DNA of 43,125 nucleotides from a virus (lineage: Duplodnaviria; Caudoviricetes): positions 1 through 43,125 of the IMG/VR virus record IMGVR_UViG_3300033407_000041; one strand, written 5' to 3'. Shown piece after piece: positions 8,921 to 17,570 of the stretch (position 1 is the first letter of the stretch; each line of letters begins with the position of its first letter). Below the pieces are notes generated by a model, which saw only the letters and a program-made list of their open reading frames with translations, did no database searches and was not told where the DNA came from. A program made the position numbers and the translations under genes.

Positions 8921-9229
8921 ATGAGAGTTAACCCATTGAGGGAGCACCGCGTGGCGCCCGACGGCGTGACCGTGGTTGAGCTCCGGCCGGGCGTGCCCGT
9001 TGATCTTCCTGACCGTGTCGCTGAGCGGCTGGTCAGTGAGGGGATCGCCGAGCGAGCGCTCGGTGGCGCGCCGGAGAACAAGGCGCTGGCGGGTGCTCCC
9101 GACAACAAGAGCCTCGGTTCGCTAACCAGGGCCGAGCTAGTGGAGCTCGCCGAGGAGCGTGGTCTGGAGGCGCCGGCGCGCGCAACGAAGGGCGCGCTCA
9201 TCAGGCTGCTAGGGGACGAGGAGGCGTAG
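8921..9229 (+). CDS. Head-associated protein with C-terminal HeH/Rho-N-like motif
   Basis: APENKA/APDNKS repeats; LTRAELVELAEERGL...TKGALIRLL. Confidence 0.7.
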   Translation: MRVNPLREHRVAPDGVTVVELRPGVPVDLPDRVAERLVSEGIAERALGGAPENKALAGAPDNKSLGSLTRAELVELAEERGLEAPARATKGALIRLLGDEEA

Positions 9230-9233
9230 ACGG

Positions 9234-9689
9234 GTGGCTGATGGCGTCACGATCCCGGCGACCGGGAACGGTACAGCTACCCCGGTTGTTGCGACCTATG
9301 ATGCTGGCGCGGCTGGGCATATTCAGCTTGTGCGGCTCGGCGCGGTGTCGCCGCAGTTTGAGCGGCTCACGAGCGCGACCCTCACCGCTGGCGGCAACGT
9401 CGACCTCACGGCCGCGGATATCACGGTGGGCACGGTCGGTGATCTCGTGGCTGTGCATTTCAGTTCGTCGGTGGCGTTGCGCTGCGATATCGAGATAGTG
9501 AGTGGCGGACGGACAGCGGTCGTGACGGCGTTCAGTCGTGGCGGAGAGCTGGCTGTGTGGGAGACGCCTGGCGCGGGGTTCGTGCCCCAGGCGGGCGGGA
9601 CCGGCAACGGGTTCGGCGTGTCGGTCACGAACCTCGACCCGAGCCAGGCGGCGGACGTGTACGCGACGTTGTTCTGGGACGAGCTGTAG
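9234..9689 (+). CDS. Virion fibre/decoration protein (C-domain paralogous to 10154)
   Basis: Beta-rich; ends NLDPSQAADVYATLFWDEL. Confidence 0.65.
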   Translation: MADGVTIPATGNGTATPVVATYDAGAAGHIQLVRLGAVSPQFERLTSATLTAGGNVDLTAADITVGTVGDLVAVHFSSSVALRCDIEIVSGGRTAVVTAFSRGGELAVWETPGAGFVPQAGGTGNGFGVSVTNLDPSQAADVYATLFWDEL

Positions 9690-9916
9690 TGGCGCGGCTT
9701 TCGTTGACGATCACGGAGACCGAGCTCGCCGAGCTGAAGGCCAGGCTAGTGCTGGAGCAGCAGCAGGCTCGCTTGTACAACCTCGCGAGCGGTGAGTGCC
9801 GCGAATACAAGGAGCGGATCCAGGCCGCGTACCAGCTGCCGCCCGTGTTCGAGCTTGATCTCGCGACGGGCGATGTCACGTACGAGGCCGCGACCGCGGA
9901 GAGGTTGAACGAGTGA
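9689..9916 (+). CDS. Small coiled-coil protein
   Basis: TAGTG coupling; helical heptads. Confidence 0.6.
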   Translation: MARLSLTITETELAELKARLVLEQQQARLYNLASGECREYKERIQAAYQLPPVFELDLATGDVTYEAATAERLNE

Positions 9917-10161
9917 GTGACGTGGGGCCAGGACCGACTGAGCTGATAGTCCGCCGGAACGAGGTGGCGGTCCAGAAGCTCGAGTTTTCGATCGCGCAGC
10001 AGGAGCTGTCGCTGCTCGAAATGGACGACCAGAAAAACCGGATACGCGAAAACATTGAGGCGACAAGACGCGAGCTAGAGGGCGCCAGAGACAGCCTCGA
10101 AGCGGCGCGCAAAGCGAAGACATCAAGCAAGAAGAGTGAGAGTGAGGTAACTGATGGCTGA
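9913..10161 (+). CDS. Small coiled-coil protein
   Basis: GTGA coupling; continuous heptads. Confidence 0.65.
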   Translation: MSDVGPGPTELIVRRNEVAVQKLEFSIAQQELSLLEMDDQKNRIRENIEATRRELEGARDSLEAARKAKTSSKKSESEVTDG

Positions 10162-11083
10162 TGAACGGAGCGCTAATGCCGTGATCCTGGTGGATCCGGC
10201 GACGAGGACGCAGGAGGCGGGTGTAGACGCGAGCGGCCACCTCCAGGTGGATATCGCGGCGAGCTCAGGAACGGTCACTGTCGATAACGCGGGCACGTTC
10301 GCCGCGCAGATTGACGGTGACGCGTTGACGGCGTTGCAGCTGATCGACGACGTTGTTGCGACGCTCGGCACGGACACGTATACGGAGACGACGACGAAGG
10401 GCGCTGTTGTTGGCGCGGTCAGGAATGACACGCTCGCCGCGCTCGCGGGCACTGATAATGAGGTGGCGCCGCTCCAGGTTGACGCGTCTGGAGCGTTGTA
10501 CGTTCAGGAGGGCGCGCCTCTCGACGTTAGCGCCGCGACGGTCACGGTCGACCTGGGATCGAATAATGACGTGACGATCGAGGGTGGCGCTGTCCTGGGT
10601 ACGGACGGGAGTGCTGGGCCGGCGAACGCGCTGAGTGTCGGTGGCACGGAGTCGGACGGGACGTTCCAGGAGGTCCGGACGGACACGGACGGGCACTTGC
10701 AGGTTGATGTGTTGAGTGGCGGTGGCACGGACTCGCCGACGGGCGCGACGGTTGACCTGGCGAATAGCACGGACACGGCAGCGGGGTCGAGCAGCAATCT
10801 CGACTCGGCTGAGATCACGGAGGCCGAGAAGCTGTGGGGATGTGACATCACGGCGAGCGTCGCGTTCAAAGCGATCGTGCAGCTCGTCGAGGACGACGCC
10901 GCGACGGCGATCGGGACGGCGTTCGGTCGTGCTGGTGAGACGGTCAAGTGGCGGGCGCCGCACCGCGATTTCGCTGCGCACGCTGGCGCGAGTGCCGGCG
11001 TTGACGTGTTCCGTGTCGTGGCAAAGAATCTCGACACGAGCCAGGCGGCCGACCTGTACGCGACGTTTTTTTACAGCACGTGA
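10154..11083 (+). CDS. Head/neck fibre protein
   Basis: Repeats VDASGHLQVD / VDASGALYV / TDTDGHLQVD; C-domain ends NLDTSQAADLYATFFYST. Confidence 0.7.
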   Translation: MADERSANAVILVDPATRTQEAGVDASGHLQVDIAASSGTVTVDNAGTFAAQIDGDALTALQLIDDVVATLGTDTYTETTTKGAVVGAVRNDTLAALAGTDNEVAPLQVDASGALYVQEGAPLDVSAATVTVDLGSNNDVTIEGGAVLGTDGSAGPANALSVGGTESDGTFQEVRTDTDGHLQVDVLSGGGTDSPTGATVDLANSTDTAAGSSSNLDSAEITEAEKLWGCDITASVAFKAIVQLVEDDAATAIGTAFGRAGETVKWRAPHRDFAAHAGASAGVDVFRVVAKNLDTSQAADLYATFFYST

Positions 11084-11109
11084 GTAGAGAGCTAGACGGG
11101 TAACCGACG

Positions 11110-11550
11110 ATGAGTGACGTTCGCCCAGGCCACGAGATCGATGTTCAGCGGGTCGGTGGCGCGGCGGTCGACGCGGTGCTCCCGGTCATTGGGGGTCACC
11201 CGAACGTCGTGACTGTCCGAGCGAACTACACGGCGGCGCAAACTAACGCGGCTGTTGTCGCGGTCAGTGCGGGCGCGAAGATCGTCGTGACGCGCTGCTC
11301 GGCGCTGCTCGATAACGCGTGCTCGGTCGATGTGCAGGTGCGGATCGGGTTCGCCGCGGCGACGACACCGACGACGACGGGAGTGCTGCTCTCGCACCCG
11401 GGGGTCGCGGCCGGTAGCGGCGTCGTTGAGGGGAACGGGGCGGGGATACTCGGGATCGGCGCTGACGACGAGGACGTCAGGATCACGAGCGAGGTGCCGA
11501 CAGGCGGCAGCCTCGACGTTGTCGTGAGCTACTACACGGTGCCAGCGTAA
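11110..11550 (+). CDS. Virion structural protein (beta-sandwich)
   Basis: Beta-rich, A/G/V/T-rich, ends SYYTVPA; within the structural operon. Confidence 0.6.
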   Translation: MSDVRPGHEIDVQRVGGAAVDAVLPVIGGHPNVVTVRANYTAAQTNAAVVAVSAGAKIVVTRCSALLDNACSVDVQVRIGFAAATTPTTTGVLLSHPGVAAGSGVVEGNGAGILGIGADDEDVRITSEVPTGGSLDVVVSYYTVPA

Positions 11551-12218
11551 TGAGGTTGGCGACGCGCGAGGATTTCGAGCCGGCAAACAGCACTGAGCTC
11601 GCGGAGGCGATGTACGGTGCACTCGACCCGTCGGGGACGCCGGAGGGATACCGACGGTACCCGCACCTGTCGAAGCGCGTCAACGAGCTGAATCAGCGTT
11701 TCGCACCGAACGGTCAGAAACTCCTCGTCGCAGGCTGCGCGTTCGGGTTCCTCGTCGATGATCTCGTTGGCGTGGGCTATGACGCCTACGGGATTGACGC
11801 GAGCGCGTGGGCGATCGGCCGCAGCAACGAGGTGCTGCCCGGCATTGCGGCCCGTGTCGGTGTTGTCGACGCGACCGTTGAGAGCGAGATCAACGATTTC
11901 CGTCGCAACGTCATGGGGATACAGGGCAACCGGAAGATCGACCTCGCGGTGACGGAGGACCTGCTGCCGGTGCTCCGTGACGACGAGATCCCGCTCGCGC
12001 TCGCGGCGCTCAGGGCGCAGACGCAGGCGAACCTGCTGCACATCGTGACGCCGAGCGACATGCCCGGCACGGAGTACCCCGGCGACTACATGCAGCCCGG
12101 CCAGCTGAACGATTCTCAGGCGGATCCGATCAACTGGAAAACCACCGCGGAGTGGCTCGCGATCGTGTCGCCCCCTGATGTGCTCGTCACGGCGCCCGAC
12201 TACCAGGTGGTCACCTAG
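11550..12218 (+). CDS. Class I SAM-dependent methyltransferase
   Basis: Motif I LLVAGCAFGFLV, post-I GIDASAWAI, VVDAT, IDLAVTEDLL; TAATG coupling. Confidence 0.75.
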   Translation: MRLATREDFEPANSTELAEAMYGALDPSGTPEGYRRYPHLSKRVNELNQRFAPNGQKLLVAGCAFGFLVDDLVGVGYDAYGIDASAWAIGRSNEVLPGIAARVGVVDATVESEINDFRRNVMGIQGNRKIDLAVTEDLLPVLRDDEIPLALAALRAQTQANLLHIVTPSDMPGTEYPGDYMQPGQLNDSQADPINWKTTAEWLAIVSPPDVLVTAPDYQVVT

Positions 12219-13424
12219 ATGGCGGTCACGATCGACGCTAGTCTCTCGTGGCCCGCGCACCGCAACCAGTTCGTCGGCCCAGTCGAGGACGGGAACGGCA
12301 ACCTCTACGTCGCCCTCTACGACACGACCGAGGGCGTCATCGAGATGTGGAAATCCACTGATGGTGGCGACACGTGGGTCGAGCAGGACAATGGCGGCAC
12401 GAACCAGCCCGGCTACGGGGGCGGTACCCCGCACGTTTGCGACATCACGATCGACGCCGCTCTCAACACGATCTATGTTCTCCGCAGCTCGCACACGTAT
12501 CCCAGCTTCGCGCCGGACGTCGCGAGCTTCAACACGTCGAGCGCCGCTAGCAGCCAGGACACGTGGACGAGCGCCGAGATCGGCAACATCGGATTAAACA
12601 GCGACGGCGTCCACGTCAGCGGCACGTCTGCGCAGTTCGTCGTGGTCAGGTCGGACGGCGACCTCGTTGTCGCATATCAAGGCATCCAAGAAATGATCAT
12701 GGGCGCCTCGTTCCGCCGCCTGAATGTTCAAGTGTGGAACGGGTCGACCTGGCCGTCTCTGGGCTGGAACACGCCCGGCATCGAGGCTCATCAGGACTTG
12801 CGAGCCGTCGTGCTCGGCGCGAACGACCGCACCCATGTTTTTTTCACACGGACGGATAGCGACCACGTTCAGCATCGGAGCATCGACAGCGACAACACAT
12901 CCAACAGCGCCGAGGATCTCACCGGCATAACTGACATCGACGAGACGCGTCTCTACGCGTTCGGTCTCGGCACGCTGAACGGGTCGGAGATCGTGCAACC
13001 GTACGTGGAGCCATTCAGCGCCGACACGAGATTCCTGCGCGCAACGAGCGCCGCAACGATCGCCGGCACAGCCACCAGCACCGACCTCTCCAACTTCGAC
13101 CCGGAGGACTTCACGAGCAACCCCGGCGCGGCCGTCAACGTCGACGGGACGATCTACTGGATCCAGGTCGACGACATCGACCTCGACATCGACTACTGGA
13201 ACGACCAGGGTATCGACACGTGGAGTGGGCCGACGTCGCTCGAATCCGGTGTGACCGTCGCCGGCCTCAGCGCCAGCCACTGCCCCGGCAACGGGATCAT
13301 CGGCGTCGTCTTCAACGACAACGGCACCGTGAAATTCTCGACGATCGACGTTGGTGGTGGCGAGGAGCCGGCCACGGCGATCCGCGACACGATCGGCACC
13401 GGAATCATCCCGAGCCCACGATGA
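12219..13424 (+). CDS. BNR/Asp-box beta-propeller (sialidase-like) virion protein
   Basis: Asp-box WKSTDGGDTW; repeating beta-blade pattern. Confidence 0.65.
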   Translation: MAVTIDASLSWPAHRNQFVGPVEDGNGNLYVALYDTTEGVIEMWKSTDGGDTWVEQDNGGTNQPGYGGGTPHVCDITIDAALNTIYVLRSSHTYPSFAPDVASFNTSSAASSQDTWTSAEIGNIGLNSDGVHVSGTSAQFVVVRSDGDLVVAYQGIQEMIMGASFRRLNVQVWNGSTWPSLGWNTPGIEAHQDLRAVVLGANDRTHVFFTRTDSDHVQHRSIDSDNTSNSAEDLTGITDIDETRLYAFGLGTLNGSEIVQPYVEPFSADTRFLRATSAATIAGTATSTDLSNFDPEDFTSNPGAAVNVDGTIYWIQVDDIDLDIDYWNDQGIDTWSGPTSLESGVTVAGLSASHCPGNGIIGVVFNDNGTVKFSTIDVGGGEEPATAIRDTIGTGIIPSPR

Positions 13425-13636
13425 CGCTCCTCACCCTCTTCCACAACGCGGCACCCGACACGGGAGCCAGGATCACGCAGCGGCTCAGAAGCCTCCAGGG
13501 CCGGCACCTCCACCGCTCCACCCCGGCCGGCCGCCCCAACCGCTCGAACCCATCCCCAGGCCACAGTGGTGATCCCACCACCGGCCGCCCAGGAAGCGAG
13601 CCCGGCCACGGAACATTCGGCGACCCCGAACACTAA
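13421..13636 (+). CDS. Small protein (MTLLTLF N-terminus, G/P-rich tail)
   Basis: ATGA coupling; fills the gap before the adaptor gene. Confidence 0.5.
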   Translation: MTLLTLFHNAAPDTGARITQRLRSLQGRHLHRSTPAGRPNRSNPSPGHSGDPTTGRPGSEPGHGTFGDPEH

Positions 13637-13645
13637 GGGACCCTG

Positions 13646-14596
13646 ATGGCAGCGATACAACACTTCCTCGGCGAACTATCGCCAAGCCTCGACGACACCC
13701 TCACAGCAGACGACGGCACAGCGTTCGATCTGACCGGCGCGACCGTGACGTTCAGCATGCGCGCGCTCGGCAGCAGCACACCCAAAATTGACCACGAAGA
13801 GGTCGACATCGTCAGTGCCGCGGACGGCACCGTCCGCTACGACTGGGCGACGGGCGACGTCGACACAGCAGGCACCTACCTCGCCTGGTTGGACGTCACG
13901 CTCAGCGCCAAGACGCAAAGCGTCTTCGAATTCGTCATCGAGATCGTCGACCACGCGCCCATCACAGGCGACCTGATCGAGATCGGCGAACTCCGCGAAT
14001 TCCTGCAGAAACCGTCGCTTGACCATGACCAGGACGTCGAGATGAGGAGACTGATCAAACGGGCGAGCAAGGCGATCGCGATGTACTGTCGCCGCGAGTT
14101 CGCTCCCCCGGTCACGGCCGCCACGAGGCGATTCACCGTTGACCCTAACAGCCTGATCCGCGCGGGCGGCCGGCAGGTCCGAGTCGTCAACCTCAGCCCC
14201 CACGACCTCCGTTCCGCCAGCGCGGTCAGCATGCACCCAGAGACCGCGGCCCCGACCACACTCACAGCTGACACCGGCTACATCCTGTGGCCGCACAACG
14301 CGCCGGACGGCACCTACACCGAGATCCGCGTCTCGACGGAGGTCGCCATTACCAGCGACGTGCTCGGTGATTTCGGGTTCGCGTACCTCGACGTGACCGG
14401 TGACTGGGGATTCGCGACCGTCCCCGACGACGTGCGATTCGCGTGCGTCAGCCAGGTAGCAGTCTGGGCCAGGCGGCATCTCAACAATGTCGCGACAACG
14501 TTCCTGCTCGACGAGGGCCGCGTGGAGCGTCCACAGGCGCTCGACTCGGCTGTCCGTGACCTGCTCCGACCGTACCGCAGGGCGCCGTTCGCATGA
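13646..14596 (+). CDS. Head-tail adaptor fused to an N-terminal BppU-like Ig domain
   Basis: N-terminal FDLTGATVTF..GTVRYDW..GD.DTAGTY; C-terminal ELREFL..LIKRAS..I..YCRREF..WGFATVPDDVRFAC..VRDLLRPYRR. Confidence 0.8.
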   Translation: MAAIQHFLGELSPSLDDTLTADDGTAFDLTGATVTFSMRALGSSTPKIDHEEVDIVSAADGTVRYDWATGDVDTAGTYLAWLDVTLSAKTQSVFEFVIEIVDHAPITGDLIEIGELREFLQKPSLDHDQDVEMRRLIKRASKAIAMYCRREFAPPVTAATRRFTVDPNSLIRAGGRQVRVVNLSPHDLRSASAVSMHPETAAPTTLTADTGYILWPHNAPDGTYTEIRVSTEVAITSDVLGDFGFAYLDVTGDWGFATVPDDVRFACVSQVAVWARRHLNNVATTFLLDEGRVERPQALDSAVRDLLRPYRRAPFA

Positions 14597-15081
14597 GCCC
14601 CACAGTCCGCATAGAGATAGACGGCGACGAGGAACTCCGCTCCGCTTTCCTGGCGGTCCGCTCGGAGCTGAAGCAGGGCGTGAAACAGGATCTCAAGGAG
14701 GCCGCGCATAAGCACGGCGTCCCCGCTGCGCGCAGGCTCTCGCCCTCCAGCAGGATCGACAGTCTGATTCGCGCTGGCGCCACTATCACCACGGCCCACA
14801 TCGAGGTGCCTCTGAAACGCGGCGTGTGGCCCGGCCCGAAAGGCCGGAACGTGCCCGCGCTCCTCGAGTTCGGCGGCACCATCCGCGGCGTCCTCGAACC
14901 GAAATCAGCCAAGGCGATCCGCACCCCTTACGGGCCCCGCGCCCGCGTCAAACGCGCGCGCCGCTACCGCGCCCGGAAATACCTGCAGACCGCCGTCACA
15001 ACAACGCTCCCGGCCGTCGTCGCCGACGCCGAACGCGCCATCGAGCACCGGTTCGAACGCCGCCGCGTAGACGTCACCTGA
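14593..15081 (+). CDS. Neck/tail-completion protein (HK97 gp10-like)
   Basis: IEIDGDEEL N-terminus, ALLEFGG, ARKYL; position. Confidence 0.7.
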   Translation: MSPTVRIEIDGDEELRSAFLAVRSELKQGVKQDLKEAAHKHGVPAARRLSPSSRIDSLIRAGATITTAHIEVPLKRGVWPGPKGRNVPALLEFGGTIRGVLEPKSAKAIRTPYGPRARVKRARRYRARKYLQTAVTTTLPAVVADAERAIEHRFERRRVDVT

Positions 15082-15082
15082 G

Positions 15083-15538
15083 ATGGCTGCCACGAAAACA
15101 ACCCTCACGGTCACCCGGGACCGTCTCCAACAGGTGTTGCAAACCATTCCAGGCGTCAAGGTCTACGACCACGAGCCGCTCAGCCTCGACTCGTTGCCGT
15201 GCGCGTGGCTCGGGCTGCCCACCATCACCCGCGTCAGCGTCGACGATCGGGAAACACAACTCGGATCCGACACGTGGCTGTACGAGTGGCCAGTCACGAT
15301 CGCCGACAGCCTCGACGTGCCAGAGCGCGGACACAACGCCGCGCTCGAGCTCGTCGCGCAGGCGATCGGCGCTTTCGACGAGGACGAGACATTGACCGGG
15401 ACCGTCGGCACGCCGGCACCGGGGATCGTCCGGGCCGCAATGGTCAGTGCCGAAGCGGAGCACAGGCTCAACGAGGAAACCAGCCAACGCTACATCGTCT
15501 GGACATGCAGCGTCCAGGTGCTTCACGAAGTCGCCTAA
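15083..15538 (+). CDS. Tail terminator
   Basis: Size, position before the tail tube, IPGVKVYD..P..LP motif. Confidence 0.65.
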   Translation: MAATKTTLTVTRDRLQQVLQTIPGVKVYDHEPLSLDSLPCAWLGLPTITRVSVDDRETQLGSDTWLYEWPVTIADSLDVPERGHNAALELVAQAIGAFDEDETLTGTVGTPAPGIVRAAMVSAEAEHRLNEETSQRYIVWTCSVQVLHEVA

Positions 15539-15552
15539 CAAGGAGGAAACCC

Positions 15553-15891
15553 ATGGCCCAAGCGAAGAAGAAGGATGAGGGGCGCTACGAGCTCCTGCTC
15601 GACCTGCCCGGGGCCGCCAACGTGCGGCACAAGATCCCCGGGTTCCCGGTCGAGTTGCACCCGACCGAGCCGACGCCGATCGAGGAGACGGGACTGACGG
15701 TCAGGGAGGTGCAGGCGTGGATCGACCAGCACACGCCGAAGCCGCACACCGAGATCCTTGGTCTCGGAACCGTCACGGCGGGTCTCGCGAGCCGCGACAC
15801 GCAGCCGGTCGTCGACGGCCGCTGCCCCGTCAAACTCACCGACCGATCAGAGAAAACCACGACCACGACCAGCACACCTGAGGAGGACTAG
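15553..15891 (+). CDS. Hypothetical protein preceding the tail tube
   Basis: Strong SD aaggagg then ATG 15553. Confidence 0.65.
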   Translation: MAQAKKKDEGRYELLLDLPGAANVRHKIPGFPVELHPTEPTPIEETGLTVREVQAWIDQHTPKPHTEILGLGTVTAGLASRDTQPVVDGRCPVKLTDRSEKTTTTTSTPEED

Positions 15892-15894
15892 CCA

Positions 15895-16920
15895 ATGGCG
15901 AGGGGATACGTGAGAATCGCGTGGGAGGACGTTCCCGGCAACGAGAACAACTCTCCCACGGCCAGCACAAAGAAACTGTTTGCGCCGCTCCAGGAGTTTT
16001 CGTTTGAGCCTGGGTTCGCGCACTTGAACCGTGACGATGAGCTCGTCGACACGGACGAGCCGCGCCCGGATCTGCCCGAAAGCGCCGACCCGACATGGAG
16101 CATGCGGTTGCGGATGTACCCCGACGTGATCGGGTTCCTATTGACGACGATGCTCGGAGACCCGACGACGACGGACGGCGACGGGATCATCACGGATCCC
16201 GACTCGGTCGTGATCCCGGCTGGCGCTTACCGTCACGTGTGGACGAGCCCGTTCGGGCCGACGGGCGCGAGCCCGCGCACGTTCGAGGCCGACGTCGCGT
16301 ATGAGGACGCGGAGAACGTGTTTTTCAAGATCAAGGGAGGAGTCATCACGTCGCTTGGTGTCGAGAGTCCGACCGAGGGTGGCGTGTCTCTCAGCCTGAG
16401 CGGGCCCGCGTTGTACCTCGCGCGGCAGTCCGATCCGTCGTTGTCGCCCGCGTATGAGGGTGACACGATCCCGCCGTTCCTGCGTGCGCACGCGGGTCTC
16501 AGCTGGGCTGCTGGTACGGCTGACGTGCGCGACCTGAGCTTGCAGCAGGAGATGAGCGCGGAGACGCAGCACACGTTCGGGAGCGGGTCGAAGTGGGCTG
16601 ACAAGGTGTACAAGGGCAGCGGGCCGCCGATGACGACGGGGCAGATCCAACACAACCTGATCGACGCGGACGACTACGACAAGCTCGAGGCTGCGACCGG
16701 GTTCGCCGCGACGGCTAAGTGGGTGTCGACGGCGATCATCGCGAGCAGCTACCCGTACAAGGTGTACTCGGAGATCAGTAACGCTCAGTTGACGGGGGGC
16801 GGCCCGGACGCGCTGACGAACCAGCGGCGCCGCGGGTCGAGCTTCCCGTTCAAAGCCACCCGGAGCGGCGCGGCGGCCGTTGTCTTTTCCGTCGTAAACG
16901 CCACGGAGGACTACTCGTAG
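15895..16920 (+). CDS. Major tail (tube) protein
   Basis: 341 aa, beta-rich; AYRHVWT motif; position before the chaperone and tape measure. Confidence 0.8.
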   Translation: MARGYVRIAWEDVPGNENNSPTASTKKLFAPLQEFSFEPGFAHLNRDDELVDTDEPRPDLPESADPTWSMRLRMYPDVIGFLLTTMLGDPTTTDGDGIITDPDSVVIPAGAYRHVWTSPFGPTGASPRTFEADVAYEDAENVFFKIKGGVITSLGVESPTEGGVSLSLSGPALYLARQSDPSLSPAYEGDTIPPFLRAHAGLSWAAGTADVRDLSLQQEMSAETQHTFGSGSKWADKVYKGSGPPMTTGQIQHNLIDADDYDKLEAATGFAATAKWVSTAIIASSYPYKVYSEISNAQLTGGGPDALTNQRRRGSSFPFKATRSGAAAVVFSVVNATEDYS

Positions 16921-16923
16921 GCC

Positions 16924-17478
16924 ATGAGCAACGAATGGGGGCCACCCGAAACAGTTGAGATCACGTTCGAAGCGACCGGCCGAACCGCAACCCTCTGGAA
17001 AGACTTCCCGGCCATGGAACTCGCGGCAGAGGGGCAGCTACCAGACGAGCTGATCGACGCGCTCGAGGCGATCGGCCTCGGCGAGTTGAAAAGCGAGGCC
17101 ACGGGGTCAAGGCTGATCAAGGCGATCTGCATCGGCGCGTTCGTGCGGCCAAGGGTCGTCGCGCGACGCGAAGACGCCGTCTACGACGAGGATGAGGAGC
17201 GGTGGGACGCCGTGTCGTTCGCGTCACTGGAAAGGGGGGAATGTCTTGAGGTACTGACGCATGTGATGCAGTCGCTCGTTGACGCCCAGAAATTTCGCGG
17301 AGAGCGACCAGGCGCTGCGGATGGCGCTGACGGCGAAGGCGTGGGGCGGCCGGCCAAGCCAAGCGGCGGGACTAAGGAGCGGAAGCCTGGAGGCCGAGCT
17401 GGTGGACAGTCGGCTCGCGGAAAGGCTACTCGAGCAGCGAGCGGAGCGGGTGCTGGCAAGGCACGGGCAAAGCGATGA
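16924..17478 (+). CDS. Tail assembly chaperone (gpG-like)
   Basis: Between tail tube and tape measure; AFVRPRV motif; low-complexity tail after KFR. Confidence 0.75.
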   Translation: MSNEWGPPETVEITFEATGRTATLWKDFPAMELAAEGQLPDELIDALEAIGLGELKSEATGSRLIKAICIGAFVRPRVVARREDAVYDEDEERWDAVSFASLERGECLEVLTHVMQSLVDAQKFRGERPGAADGADGEGVGRPAKPSGGTKERKPGGRAGGQSARGKATRAASGAGAGKARAKR

Positions 17479-17524
17479 GATCGGCGCCGACGCTGAAGCG
17501 TTCGTCGGGGACGAGCTGACATAG
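17297..17524 (+). CDS. Tail assembly chaperone frameshift extension (gpT-like, +1 frame)
   Basis: Overlapping +1 ORF AESDQALRMALTAKAWGGRPSQAAGL..AELVD begins right after AAA TTT CGC (17290-17298). Confidence 0.65.
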   Translation, partial: AESDQALRMALTAKAWGGRPSQAAGLRSGSLEAELVDSRLAERLLEQRAERVLARHGQSDEIGADAEAFVGDELT

Positions 17525-17570
17525 CCGCACACTCGGCACATCGTGGCCCGCCCGGGGTGGGTGGTTAGGC

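Noticed and set aside
9630-11074. Similar 48-nt segments (9630-9677 and 11027-11074) as a DGR template/variable repeat pair
   Set aside because: Differences are not adenine-specific, both copies are coding, and no reverse transcriptase gene is present; simple paralogy
17290-17296. AAATTTC as a canonical -1 slippery heptamer
   Set aside because: It is not phased X-XXY-YYZ in the chaperone frame, and the protein-like extension is in the +1 frame
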